A stretch of 64,000 nucleotides of DNA, from NCBI GenBank assembly GCA_036339735.1, contig JAYZAL010000087.1, forward strand, positions 1 to 64,000. Reading direction: 5' to 3'. How positions within the stretch are numbered: the stretch's first letter is position 1; every line of letters starts with the position of its first letter. Below, in pieces: positions 10,681-20,381 of this stretch. The position numbers and the translations under genes are program-made. The stretch comes from Candidatus Poribacteria bacterium. Lineage in GTDB: Bacteria; Poribacteria; WGA-4E; UBA9662. A model generated the notes under the pieces. The model saw only the letters and a program-made list of their open reading frames with translations. It searched no databases and was not told where the DNA came from.

Positions 10681-11337
10681 ATGACTAGCTATAATTTTCA
10701 TCTCATGTTTTTTACTTATACTTTTCAATTTACAGCTTGTTTGAGATCAGTCCTTTTATTTTTGTTACTGTTAGCACTGAGCGGTTGCCAATCCCCCCTC
10801 AAAAACAAGCCAGTTAATTCAGGCCAGTCTGTTTTTTTCTCTCCAGATCGAATTAGAACAATTGCTGTTATACCACTAAATGGAGCCAACGCCAAGCGTG
10901 CAAGAGAAATGACCCGAGAATTAACAGTACAAATTTTGCAATTGAATCGCTTCGAAGTTGTAGATCATTACAAGGTAGCTACATTAGTAGAAGATGAAGG
11001 GTTAGAAGGTATCGATCTGAGCGACACGTTGGTGAAAAATATCAGTAATAAACTGAAAGCAGATGCCATTCTACTTGGTGAAATTACATCTTTCCAAGAA
11101 CCTGAATCTCCTTACCCAATTTTACGAAAGGCACCCCTCATTGCATTGAGCTTACGCATCGTAACCAGTGACCCTACAGAACCGAAAACAATTTGGAGTT
11201 TAAACGATACTTTTGATAGTAAAGATCGTCAAGTAAAGCAATACGTCAGTCGATCAGAACGTGGGAAGCTAGCCAAAGATCCCAGCTTCTTGATCCATAT
11301 AGTCGCTAAAGAAATTGCAAAAACCTTCTCATTTTGA
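10681..11337 (+). CDS. Lipoprotein, CsgG/LpoB/GNA1162-like alpha-beta fold
   Basis: Lipobox LALSG-C; motifs TIAVIPL, RFEVVD, LKADAILLGEITSF. Confidence 0.65.
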   Translation: MTSYNFHLMFFTYTFQFTACLRSVLLFLLLLALSGCQSPLKNKPVNSGQSVFFSPDRIRTIAVIPLNGANAKRAREMTRELTVQILQLNRFEVVDHYKVATLVEDEGLEGIDLSDTLVKNISNKLKADAILLGEITSFQEPESPYPILRKAPLIALSLRIVTSDPTEPKTIWSLNDTFDSKDRQVKQYVSRSERGKLAKDPSFLIHIVAKEIAKTFSF

Positions 11338-12333
11338 CTAGCTCGGCTGATTTCGTTGAGCTAGCATCGCGGCACCAACTAACCCAGCTTGATTACCCAG
11401 TTTGGCTGAAACAATTTGTAAGCTTTCTGCATTAGTGTCCATGGCTCTTTTTCGTACTTCAGCTCGGATTGGTTCAAATAATAGTTTCTCGCCGGCAGAG
11501 GAAACTCCTCCTCCAATAATTGCCATTTGTGGATTCAGAATGTGTGCGAAGGAAGTCAAGGCAATGCCAATATATCGAGCAGTTTCCATGAAAATCTCGA
11601 TTGCGACTTGGTCTCCTCTGTCTGCTGCTTCGGCGATAATTTTAGGGGTCAGTGAATCCATTTGTGCTTCTAATATAGGAGAGCCAGATGCTGATTTGAT
11701 AATTTTCGCTCTTGTTCGTTCCACAATTTGGTCTCTGCCCACATAGGCTTCTAAGCAGCCATAGTTTCCACAACCGCAGAGCCTTCCATCTCCAAATATA
11801 GTCGTATGGCCAAGTTCGGCTCCCACATATCTACTACCGTGAAAAATTTGTCCATCTAGGATAATGCCACCACCAACGCCAGTTCCCAACGTCAGGCAAA
11901 TTATGTCTTTCATACCGATACCAGCGCCTTGGCGTAATTCGCCATAAGCCATAGCATTACCATCATTTTCAATATGGATAGGTAAATGAGTTAATTGTGC
12001 CTCTAGATTTTTCTGGACCAAATCAACTAACGGAATGTCATACCAACCATCAAAGTTAGGTGAGAAATGGACGATCCCACGATCCGGAATAATCAAACCA
12101 GGTGTTCCAATACCAATACCAACGAGATCCTCAGGAGATAGTTGGGGATTCGTTCGAATTAATTGGTGGATTGCCGAGGCTATGTTACCTGATACTATCG
12201 ATGCGCCATCATTAGCTTGACTAGGCTTAGATAAGTTATCAATCACTTTCCCAGTACTAAGTACCAAACCTGCTTTAATTTCTGTTCCACCAAGATCAAC
12301 TCCAATGCTGTATGATTTACTTGATTGACTCAA
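11338..12333 (-). CDS. glk: ROK-family sugar kinase (glucokinase-like)
   Basis: IGVDLGGT, ENDGNA, TLGTGVGGG, ELGH, CGCGNYGCLE Zn motif; no N-terminal HTH. Confidence 0.85.
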   Translation of the reverse strand: MSQSSKSYSIGVDLGGTEIKAGLVLSTGKVIDNLSKPSQANDGASIVSGNIASAIHQLIRTNPQLSPEDLVGIGIGTPGLIIPDRGIVHFSPNFDGWYDIPLVDLVQKNLEAQLTHLPIHIENDGNAMAYGELRQGAGIGMKDIICLTLGTGVGGGIILDGQIFHGSRYVGAELGHTTIFGDGRLCGCGNYGCLEAYVGRDQIVERTRAKIIKSASGSPILEAQMDSLTPKIIAEAADRGDQVAIEIFMETARYIGIALTSFAHILNPQMAIIGGGVSSAGEKLLFEPIRAEVRKRAMDTNAESLQIVSAKLGNQAGLVGAAMLAQRNQPS

Positions 12334-12375
12334 TTAACTTACCTCCACTGCAATTTAAAACCAGTAAAAAAGCTC

Positions 12376-13125
12376 TCAATTACTGGACCAGTTCACCAAG
12401 TGCCTTAAAATTTGAGATAATTCCTGACGACTAGAGACTCTATCGATTAAGCCATTATCAGGTAGCGAAATCATTTCTGTTTCCGTAGCTTTTTCAACAA
12501 TTAAGATATCACCCATCGGAAAATTGGGAGAGAATTCTTGTGAAATCAACCTATCTTGAAAACGCGGATCGGGTGATGTCAGGACAGTTAAACAGAGTAA
12601 CCCTTTTAACTGTTTCTGTTTAAGAACCAGAAGATTTAAATCAATTGCTGATAGGTTTTGTAGATCAGGCTCTTGGATATCTGGTAAAAACACGATAAAA
12701 GGGCATCGTTTTTCTGTTACAATTTCGAATGCTTGAAGGGCAGGGGCTACTGATTGAGGCAAACCAGACAGAACAACAACTTCTTCTGATCCTAACAGGC
12801 CAGTTGCGAGATAACATGGATCATCATTTTGTTTGGTTGGTAAGTATTTATATTCTACTGAATTTAGTATTTGTTCAATTCGGTACTGGTTTGGCAAAGC
12901 ATTATTACATTGGCAATAAGGACAAGTATAAAAATTTCTGATCAATGTCTTAGAAAATACTAATTCATTGCACTGATGACACTTTTCCCAAAGGCTAGAC
13001 TCACTAGGGGATAATACTGAAACCGGCTCCGTTGTTTCGCTTGCCTTCATTGAATCAGATATACCACTGGATGGAATTGTCAGTATTTCTTCTTGGTCTG
13101 ATTGCATTTTTAAATTACCTCTCAT
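12376..13125 (-). CDS. Divergent AccD (carboxyltransferase beta)-like protein with Zn ribbon, catalytic motifs eroded
   Basis: LWEKCHQC-x15-CPYC Zn ribbon; LTVLTSP, GDILIVE, GLIDRVSSRQEL align with AccD; GGARMQEG and TTGGVSAS absent. Confidence 0.7.
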   Translation of the reverse strand: MRGNLKMQSDQEEILTIPSSGISDSMKASETTEPVSVLSPSESSLWEKCHQCNELVFSKTLIRNFYTCPYCQCNNALPNQYRIEQILNSVEYKYLPTKQNDDPCYLATGLLGSEEVVVLSGLPQSVAPALQAFEIVTEKRCPFIVFLPDIQEPDLQNLSAIDLNLLVLKQKQLKGLLCLTVLTSPDPRFQDRLISQEFSPNFPMGDILIVEKATETEMISLPDNGLIDRVSSRQELSQILRHLVNWSSN

Positions 13126-13132
13126 TTGTTTC

Positions 13133-13537
13133 TTAACTGATACGCTTAACCATAGTAATACCAGTCCTCTCGTAGTTCACCTCATCCATATAGGCATTGA
13201 TTAGTTGTAAACCACGCCCACTAGACCGCCAAAGATCATTATTTTCTACATGTATCGGATACACGTCTTGACCACTATCTCGTATAACAATAGTTATTTT
13301 ATCTACTGCGGCTCGAAATTCAAAACGAATATGAGAATTAGAACTGGCTGTATTACCGTGTTTTACAGCATTTGTACCGGCTTCAATAACAGCTAAGTTA
13401 ATTTGATGACGTATATGCTTATCTATTTTTAGCAGGTCTAACATTTCAGAGATCACGACATCGAGCAAATGAATACTCTCTAGACTCCTTGGCAGATCAA
13501 GTCGTACAGGGCACCCATTTATAAAAGAGTCTGACAT
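13133..13537 (-). CDS. Anti-sigma factor / Ser kinase (RsbW/SpoIIAB family)
   Basis: LAVIEAGTNAVKHGN (N box), RDSG, SSGRGLQLI...MDEVNY. Confidence 0.88.
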   Translation of the reverse strand: MSDSFINGCPVRLDLPRSLESIHLLDVVISEMLDLLKIDKHIRHQINLAVIEAGTNAVKHGNTASSNSHIRFEFRAAVDKITIVIRDSGQDVYPIHVENNDLWRSSGRGLQLINAYMDEVNYERTGITMVKRIS

Positions 13538-13539
13538 AC

Positions 13540-14823
13540 CTAACTAGTTTCCAAGTCAAACGTTTGGTTCTCTATTACTTTAACTACAACCATAGCTAAA
13601 TCATCTTTCAGTTGGGGAAACGATTCGGGAGGAGAATCAGCATTCAGTCTATCTATTTTACCCGTTTTAATAAACTGATCTAAACTACTGGAAATTCGTT
13701 GACAAATTCCATCTGCTGATAAATATCGACTTTGCAGTAAGACTTGCTGTAAACGTTCTTCACCATAAGGCTGACCATCCGGGCCTTCTGCCTCTACGAT
13801 ACCGTCAGTGTAAAACAACAAGATATGCCCAGCCTTGAGTTCAATCAGCTCTTCATCAAAATTAGCAAATTCAAAACTGCCTAACAATAGCCCACCTACA
13901 GTCAATGTATGAACCTGTTCATCTACTACGTGAAGTGGATAACAGTGACCAGCATTAGCATACCTAAAAGTACGAGGTTGCTGGATATTTTCATCTGTAG
14001 TCGGATGAACATCTAGGATACCATAAACAATAGTTGCAAAAAGATCAGGGGCAGTATCCGTAGCAATCAGATCGTTTACTCGTTTTAATACATTTGCAGC
14101 AGGAGAAGTGTGCCGCGTGGCCTCCTCTCGGCCAACCAGACGCAACGCAGTACGAATCATTGCCATCAATAAAGCGGCTGGAATACCTTTGCCTCGAACA
14201 TCAGCAATAACAAGCCCAAAACAATGATCATTCAACTGGATAAAATCGTAGAAATCACCTGATATTGACATAGAACTGTGAAGACACCCAGCGATATCAA
14301 AACCTGGTATCTGGGGCGGTTTTTTGGGTTCCAATCCTCTTTGGATAGCAGCCGCAGCCTGTAGATGGGATGCTAATTGCTCTACGGCATCCTCACTATA
14401 CCAGTTCCCCATAGCAGAAATTAAGGGGTTCATGTACTTGACAGGTAATGTTCGATTTAATACTGATTCAATCCGTAGAATCAACTCTTTGGTATCAAAC
14501 GGTTTAGTAATATAATCTTCAGCTCCAGCAGTTAGACCTTTGATTTTTTCTTTGGCTTGAGCCATGGCTGTCAACATAATAACCGGGATATTTGCTACAC
14601 TAGGTTTGTCTTTCAGAGAAGAGATGACAGCATATCCATCCATACCCGGCATCATCAAATCCAACAAAATCAAGTCAGGTTGATGAATATCAGCGTAGAG
14701 GAGACCATCCATCCCATTGCTAGCTTGAAACACTTCGTATCCTTCGGTTGTCAACAACATTTCCAACAAATCTAAAATGTCAATTTCGTCATCTATAACT
14801 AAAATTTTTGCTTTGTATGTCAT
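13540..14823 (-). CDS. Response regulator receiver + PP2C/SpoIIE phosphatase (RsbU/RsbY-like)
   Basis: REC: ILVIDD, LLDLMMPGMDG, YITKPF. PP2C: SGDFYD, ADVRGKG, ANAGH, YTDGIVEA, DDLAMVV. Confidence 0.9.
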   Translation of the reverse strand: MTYKAKILVIDDEIDILDLLEMLLTTEGYEVFQASNGMDGLLYADIHQPDLILLDLMMPGMDGYAVISSLKDKPSVANIPVIMLTAMAQAKEKIKGLTAGAEDYITKPFDTKELILRIESVLNRTLPVKYMNPLISAMGNWYSEDAVEQLASHLQAAAAIQRGLEPKKPPQIPGFDIAGCLHSSMSISGDFYDFIQLNDHCFGLVIADVRGKGIPAALLMAMIRTALRLVGREEATRHTSPAANVLKRVNDLIATDTAPDLFATIVYGILDVHPTTDENIQQPRTFRYANAGHCYPLHVVDEQVHTLTVGGLLLGSFEFANFDEELIELKAGHILLFYTDGIVEAEGPDGQPYGEERLQQVLLQSRYLSADGICQRISSSLDQFIKTGKIDRLNADSPPESFPQLKDDLAMVVVKVIENQTFDLETS

Positions 14824-14829
14824 TACGTT

Positions 14830-17307
14830 TTACAAAGGTAAGGTAAACTGAAAATTACTACCTTGACCTCCTTCTCCATCATCCATCCACAATCTACCGT
14901 GGTGAGCAGAAATAATACTTTTTGCGATGGCTAGGCCCAGTCCAGTACCGCCCTGTTGTCGCGTATGAATACTGCTCTGTTGATAAAATTTATCGAATAC
15001 TTTTTCTCTTTCATCCAGTGGAACACCAACCCCATTATCAATAACTTCAATATGCAGTGAGGGAAGATCATCACTTTTGACAGCCTTAATATTGGCGCGT
15101 ACCTGAATTACGCCGCCATCTGGTGTAAATTTGATAGCATTTCCAATTAAATTAGTTAGTACTTGGCCTAGCCTTGCTTCGTCTCCATAGATCGTAGGGA
15201 GCTGAATTTCATCATTTAATATCAGCTGAATTGATTTTTCTTCGGCTTGTGGACGGAGATCAGCTACTCGATCTTTAATGATTTTCGTCATATTAACTGG
15301 CTGACGTTCAAATTCTGTTCGACCAGCCTCAATTCTGGAAACATCAAGTAAATCATTAATTAAATCTGCTAACCATTTTGATTGACGATGTACTCGTAAT
15401 AAACTGTCTTTTTGTTTTGAGTTCAGATCTCCGGCTTTCCCGTCTAACACAAAAGATACAAAACCAATAATAGAAGTCAGAGGAGTTCTTAATTCGTGAG
15501 AAACTAAGGAGATGAAATCTGATTTCATCTGATCAATTTCCCTTTCTCGTGTCACATTCTCAAAAACGTATACCGAGCCTAGAATTTTTCCTTCCTCATC
15601 TAGATATGGAACTGTCACTACCCTCAGTATAATCTGCCTTTCTTTTTCGTTAGCTTCTATCCGAATAACCTCATCCTCATTCTCTTTCTTATTTTTGTCT
15701 CTACCTAGCGTAATCTCAGTTGTCACAACATCGGTTATCGGGCTGTCAGAAGTTTGCCTCTTTTGTAAATGATGAGTTTGGTTCAAATTTTCCGTTGTAG
15801 TGCGTTTGGCTCCTTGCAATAGTACCTCAATAAGATTTTTGTCTTTTATAATAGTCGCGAGGTCTTGTTTTAGAGCACTACTATGGATATTTAACAATCG
15901 CTCAGCCGTCGGGTTTATATGCAAAACTCGATATTGACTATCAACTACAATCAGTCCTTCGGATAAACTGTTGACGATAGCTGTCATCTTTTGTTCTTCT
16001 TGCCTTAGGTTTTCAACTGCAGACTTGAGGTTACGCTCCATAGCATTAAATTCTTCAGCTAATAGACCCAATTCATTACCAGTTGTAACTGGAATTTCTT
16101 GGTCAAACTCACCTTGTCCAACTGCACGCACACCACTAACCACCTGCATAATAGGAGTCACAATCCGTTGTGATAATAGCCAGGCAATAGGAATGATTAT
16201 GGCACAAGAAATCATCGTAAAATTAAGTATTCGCTGGGTTAAATCTGTAATGCCTTCGAAAGCTACCACCGCTGGTTGGGAAACCAAGACTGTCCATCTG
16301 CTGAAATTGGGTCTTGTTTTTCGGTTATGCCATCGCTGGTGCCAAATTCTGGTCCTCGCCCAACCATATACTTGGGCGAGTCCTCTGGTATTCGTCAGCT
16401 CTTGTGAATCTCTAGTTGAAGTGTTTGTCTTTTCGGCCCGCATGTGGTAGTCGTACCACTTCTCTTTTTTGTGTTCGCCTTGACTTGCTATGATGGCTGC
16501 CATGGCGGCATCACTTTGATCGATTCGCTCACCGAACTCGTACTCACTTGAATTTGAAGCTACAATAACTCGACCATATTGGTCAATAATGACTGTTTGA
16601 AGAGCTGAAAGCTCGTCTCCCTGCCGGTAATTAGAATTTTTCACCAAGTCAGCTAGCTCCGGTAATACCAGCGTGGCCTTCAAAATTCCTATAACATTTT
16701 GCTGATTCCTATCGCGAATAGGCAAAGCAATTGTCAATTGATATTGTTCCCTCTCAAGAACAATATCACCGATAACATCGTATCCTAAATTATTGTTGTA
16801 GGCTTTATCCCACCAGTCATCCGAGACAGATGAATAGAGAATATCTTGGTTTGAGGATTGAATAATTTGCTTCGTTGCATTAGTGATAATAATCTGGCTA
16901 TTGGGGCCAGCGTAACCCTCTAGCTGTTTTACGTCATCTCGTAGTAGATTATTCGATTCTAGTAGTTGAAGCTCAGTCGGTAGATTAGGCGAAAAGCTAT
17001 CATTGCGATTACCATTTGAGAGTGCGACCTTGGTTTGAATTGTTTTAATGTATTTCTCGATAGTATCCAATCGCAGGGTGATACTTTGGTCAGCTTGATC
17101 TAATTTTCCTTGTGCAACCTGAACTAATCCTTTCCCGATGGTCTTTTCCAATGCTTGTTTACCATACGTGTATGCAATTACCGAGGCTACCAAAAGTGGA
17201 ATTAGTGAAATTAGTAAAAACTGTAGAACGAACTCACCTCGTAGACCTAGATTAGGCCAACGGACAGCAGCTAACTGACCAATATTTTTATTTTCCACAT
17301 TAGTCAT
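14830..17307 (-). CDS. Membrane sensor histidine kinase (periplasmic Cache-like, HAMP, PAS, HisKA, HATPase)
   Basis: Two TM segments; HAMP NELGLLAEEFNAM; PAS EGLIVVD..INPTAERL; SHELRTPLTSI; NLIGNAIKFT; GGTGLGLAI. Confidence 0.93.
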   Translation of the reverse strand: MTNVENKNIGQLAAVRWPNLGLRGEFVLQFLLISLIPLLVASVIAYTYGKQALEKTIGKGLVQVAQGKLDQADQSITLRLDTIEKYIKTIQTKVALSNGNRNDSFSPNLPTELQLLESNNLLRDDVKQLEGYAGPNSQIIITNATKQIIQSSNQDILYSSVSDDWWDKAYNNNLGYDVIGDIVLEREQYQLTIALPIRDRNQQNVIGILKATLVLPELADLVKNSNYRQGDELSALQTVIIDQYGRVIVASNSSEYEFGERIDQSDAAMAAIIASQGEHKKEKWYDYHMRAEKTNTSTRDSQELTNTRGLAQVYGWARTRIWHQRWHNRKTRPNFSRWTVLVSQPAVVAFEGITDLTQRILNFTMISCAIIIPIAWLLSQRIVTPIMQVVSGVRAVGQGEFDQEIPVTTGNELGLLAEEFNAMERNLKSAVENLRQEEQKMTAIVNSLSEGLIVVDSQYRVLHINPTAERLLNIHSSALKQDLATIIKDKNLIEVLLQGAKRTTTENLNQTHHLQKRQTSDSPITDVVTTEITLGRDKNKKENEDEVIRIEANEKERQIILRVVTVPYLDEEGKILGSVYVFENVTREREIDQMKSDFISLVSHELRTPLTSIIGFVSFVLDGKAGDLNSKQKDSLLRVHRQSKWLADLINDLLDVSRIEAGRTEFERQPVNMTKIIKDRVADLRPQAEEKSIQLILNDEIQLPTIYGDEARLGQVLTNLIGNAIKFTPDGGVIQVRANIKAVKSDDLPSLHIEVIDNGVGVPLDEREKVFDKFYQQSSIHTRQQGGTGLGLAIAKSIISAHHGRLWMDDGEGGQGSNFQFTLPL

Positions 17308-17367
17308 TGGTCTTCATGGATCAGATTTGGAGTTTCGTAAACAGCAATTGTTTGATTAAAGGTTAAC

Positions 17368-17703
17368 TCATATAGGCATTTCATTCTTAATTTCTAAGAC
17401 TGTATCCAGGCGAGTAACCTGAAAGACATGGCGAACATTAGGCTGAGGATTCAATAGAACCAATTTCCCACCACTTGGTCTCAGCCTCTGAGCAATCAGC
17501 ATAATTACACCCAGAGCACTACTATCAAGCAGCGAAACTTCAGACAAATCAAGGGCAAAACCTTTGGGATTCAATTGGCTTAATTTTTCCATCTCTTTTT
17601 TGAGGTCTTCCGATTTTAAACCGATTATTTTTCCCGTGAAATGAAGTGTTGGAGGTTCGCTATCCGAAATTCGGATTTCACTACGATTGTCAATTAGTGG
17701 CAT
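17368..17703 (-). CDS. STAS anti-sigma-factor antagonist (RsbV/SpoIIAA family)
   Basis: LDLSEVSLLDSSALG with the phosphorylatable Ser; VRHVFQVTRLD. Confidence 0.88.
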   Translation of the reverse strand: MPLIDNRSEIRISDSEPPTLHFTGKIIGLKSEDLKKEMEKLSQLNPKGFALDLSEVSLLDSSALGVIMLIAQRLRPSGGKLVLLNPQPNVRHVFQVTRLDTVLEIKNEMPI

Positions 17704-17711
17704 GATAGTTA

Positions 17712-18377
17712 CTATTGTCCCCGCTTAATTGCTATTAGATTTTCTTCGTAGATGTCAACAACCTCAGCTCCAAGCTGAGATAAAACTGACTGGGCAGAAT
17801 CAATCTCTTTCTCAACTAATTTTGTCGGACCAGATTTGTAGGCATACCAAGTACCGTTAGGCTGTAACAATGGTAAGCAGTAAGTGGCAGAATCTGATAT
17901 GTCAGCCACATAGCGAGTCACTACGACATCCGCTGGAACATATGCTAGATATTTTTCCTGAGCAGCCAGTGTTTCAGCACGGTTGGCTAGAACTTCAAAT
18001 TGGCCAAAACCATGTGGGGCAGTTTGTCGAAATTGAGCCAGAACAAACTGTAAAAAACTAGCTTTTTTACTAACCGATTCGACTAATAACAAATTGGTCG
18101 ACGGCTGATATATTTTAAGCGGTAAACCAGGAAAACCTGCACCACTGCCAATATCGATTAACCTACAAGCAAGTGGTAATTCAATAAATTTTAGCAGTTT
18201 TAATGAATCCAAAAAATGCTTATGGATGATACCTAAGTCATCATCGATACTAGTCAAGTTAATATAGTTATTCCAAGTCTTAAGCTGCTCCAGATAAAAA
18301 CTAAATTGGTCGATTTGCAGATCAGACAAGGGAAAACCGTTTTTTCGAAACTCAACTTCAATTGAGGTGGACTGCAC
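17712..18377 (-). CDS. rsmG: 16S rRNA m7G527 methyltransferase
   Basis: WNNYINLTSI, HFLDSL, DIGSGAGFPGLPL, KKASFL, RAE; directly downstream of mnmG. Confidence 0.93.
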   Translation of the reverse strand: MQSTSIEVEFRKNGFPLSDLQIDQFSFYLEQLKTWNNYINLTSIDDDLGIIHKHFLDSLKLLKFIELPLACRLIDIGSGAGFPGLPLKIYQPSTNLLLVESVSKKASFLQFVLAQFRQTAPHGFGQFEVLANRAETLAAQEKYLAYVPADVVVTRYVADISDSATYCLPLLQPNGTWYAYKSGPTKLVEKEIDSAQSVLSQLGAEVVDIYEENLIAIKRGQ

Positions 18378-18409
18378 AGTATTGGCACTTAAGAACCAAT
18401 GCGCAAGGC

Positions 18410-20368
18410 CTAGGCCAATAGGTTCTTACCCTCTTGCTTTTCATTATTAATTTCTTTCATCTCTCGGCTTTTTAGCCAAACCATCAAGATTGATATGTCA
18501 GCTGGCGTGACTCCGGGCACGCGTGATGCATGCCCGATGGAAACGGGTCGAACTTGAGACAACTTCTTTCGTGCTTCAGTTTTCAGACCATGGACTGCAT
18601 CAAAATTAAAATTGCTGGGAATAGGAAGTGTCTCCAGTCGTCTAAATTTTTCAATTTGTAGATCTTGTCTGGCTATATAGCCTGCATATTTAATCTGAAT
18701 TTCGACTTGCTCTCTAATCGCACAACCCAAATCCTGATCTAAGTTTATGGTGGAAGAGACCCCAATTTCGGTAGCTAAATTGCTAATTTCCTGGTAAGTG
18801 ATATGCGGACGTTTCAGTAGATCTGCTAATGTCGTAGCCGTCTTAATGTTAGGTAGCCCAACCTTTTCAAGTTTTTTTAACGTTTCTTCAGTAGGTTTAA
18901 TTTGTGTTTGAGAAAGTAATCTGAGTTCTGTCAATACAGCCTTCTTTTTTTTCACGAACCTTTTGTAATCACTTTCGCATACAGTTCCAATTTGGTAGCC
19001 TGTTTCGGTTAGTCTCCAGTCAGCATTATCTTCTCGTAATTGCAATCGATGTTCAGCCCGAGAAGTAAACATCCGGTAGGGCTCTCGGATATCTTTTGTG
19101 ACTAAATCATCAATTAACACACCAATATAAGCCGAAGCACGATCCAATACTAGCTGACTTTGGTTCTTCACTTTCAAAGAGGCGTTGATACCAGCCATCA
19201 GTCCTTGGGCCGCAGCCTCTTCGTACCCAGTTGTACCATTTAACTGCCCAGCAAAAAACAGGTTTCTAACTCTCTTGGTTTCTAAAGTTGGATAAAGTTG
19301 GGTAGCTGGCGCGAAATCGTATTCTACGGCATAGGCAAACCGCATAATTTCTGCTTTTTCCAGTCCTTGGATACTTCTCACCATTTCTACTTGAACATCT
19401 TCTGGTAGACTTGCTGAAATACCGTTGAGATAAATTTCTTGTGTATCTCTTCCTTCGGGTTCAACGAAAATCCTATGCTCATTCTTTTCCTCGAACCGAA
19501 CTACTTTATCTTCTATAGAGGGACAATAACGAGGTCCAATACCTTGAATACGTCCACTATACATCGCTGATCGCTCTAGATTATTTCGGATAATATTATG
19601 TGTTTTAGGGTTGGTGTATGTAACGTAGCAAGGTAATTGAGATTGGCTAATCAAGTGATTAGAGAAAGAAAATGGCTTCGGGACTTCATCACCAGGCTGT
19701 ACTTCCATTTTGCAAAAATCAACTGTTTGTGCATTAACACGGGGTGGTGTCCCTGTTTTCAATCGTCCTACTTCAAAACCAAGATCTAGAAAACTTTCTG
19801 ATAGCTTTTCAGCGGCAGATTCTCCGGCTCGACCTGCGCTATAGGATACATCACCAATATGAATGGTACCTTTTAGAAAGGTACCAGTGGTCAAAATAAC
19901 CGTTTGTGCCAAGTAAGCTGTTTGAGTATGTGATACAACACCTAAGCATTGGCCATTTTCGGTCAATAACTCTTCAACTAAACCTTCTTTCACATCTAGA
20001 CAATCTTGATTCTCAAGTACTTGCTTCATATAAAGCTGGTATGCCTTCTTATCAGCTTGAGCTCGACTAGAACGAACAGCTGGCCCTTTCTTCGTGTTTA
20101 ATTGTCGAAATTGAATGCCTGTCTCATCAATGGCTTTAGCCATTTCACCACCTAACGCATCAATTTCTTTGACCAAATGTCCCTTTGCTAAACCACCAAT
20201 AGCTGGGTTACACGACATTTTCCCAATCGTATCTAAGCTAATAGTCAACATAAGTGTCTGACACCCCATCCGAGCAGAAGCTAAAGCCGCTTCACAACCG
20301 GCATGCCCTGCCCCGACAACCAACACGTCATAATTTTTGTAATAGTAATTCATTTCTTTTTGACTCAC
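18410..20368 (-). CDS. mnmG: tRNA uridine-5-carboxymethylaminomethyl modification enzyme
   Basis: VVGAGHAGCEAA, MSCNPAIGG, RLKTGTPPR, GPRYCPSIEDK, AGQLNGTTGYEEAAAQG, EPYRMFTSRAE. Confidence 0.97.
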   Translation of the reverse strand: MSQKEMNYYYKNYDVLVVGAGHAGCEAALASARMGCQTLMLTISLDTIGKMSCNPAIGGLAKGHLVKEIDALGGEMAKAIDETGIQFRQLNTKKGPAVRSSRAQADKKAYQLYMKQVLENQDCLDVKEGLVEELLTENGQCLGVVSHTQTAYLAQTVILTTGTFLKGTIHIGDVSYSAGRAGESAAEKLSESFLDLGFEVGRLKTGTPPRVNAQTVDFCKMEVQPGDEVPKPFSFSNHLISQSQLPCYVTYTNPKTHNIIRNNLERSAMYSGRIQGIGPRYCPSIEDKVVRFEEKNEHRIFVEPEGRDTQEIYLNGISASLPEDVQVEMVRSIQGLEKAEIMRFAYAVEYDFAPATQLYPTLETKRVRNLFFAGQLNGTTGYEEAAAQGLMAGINASLKVKNQSQLVLDRASAYIGVLIDDLVTKDIREPYRMFTSRAEHRLQLREDNADWRLTETGYQIGTVCESDYKRFVKKKKAVLTELRLLSQTQIKPTEETLKKLEKVGLPNIKTATTLADLLKRPHITYQEISNLATEIGVSSTINLDQDLGCAIREQVEIQIKYAGYIARQDLQIEKFRRLETLPIPSNFNFDAVHGLKTEARKKLSQVRPVSIGHASRVPGVTPADISILMVWLKSREMKEINNEKQEGKNLLA

Positions 20369-20381
20369 TGGATAGAGATCA

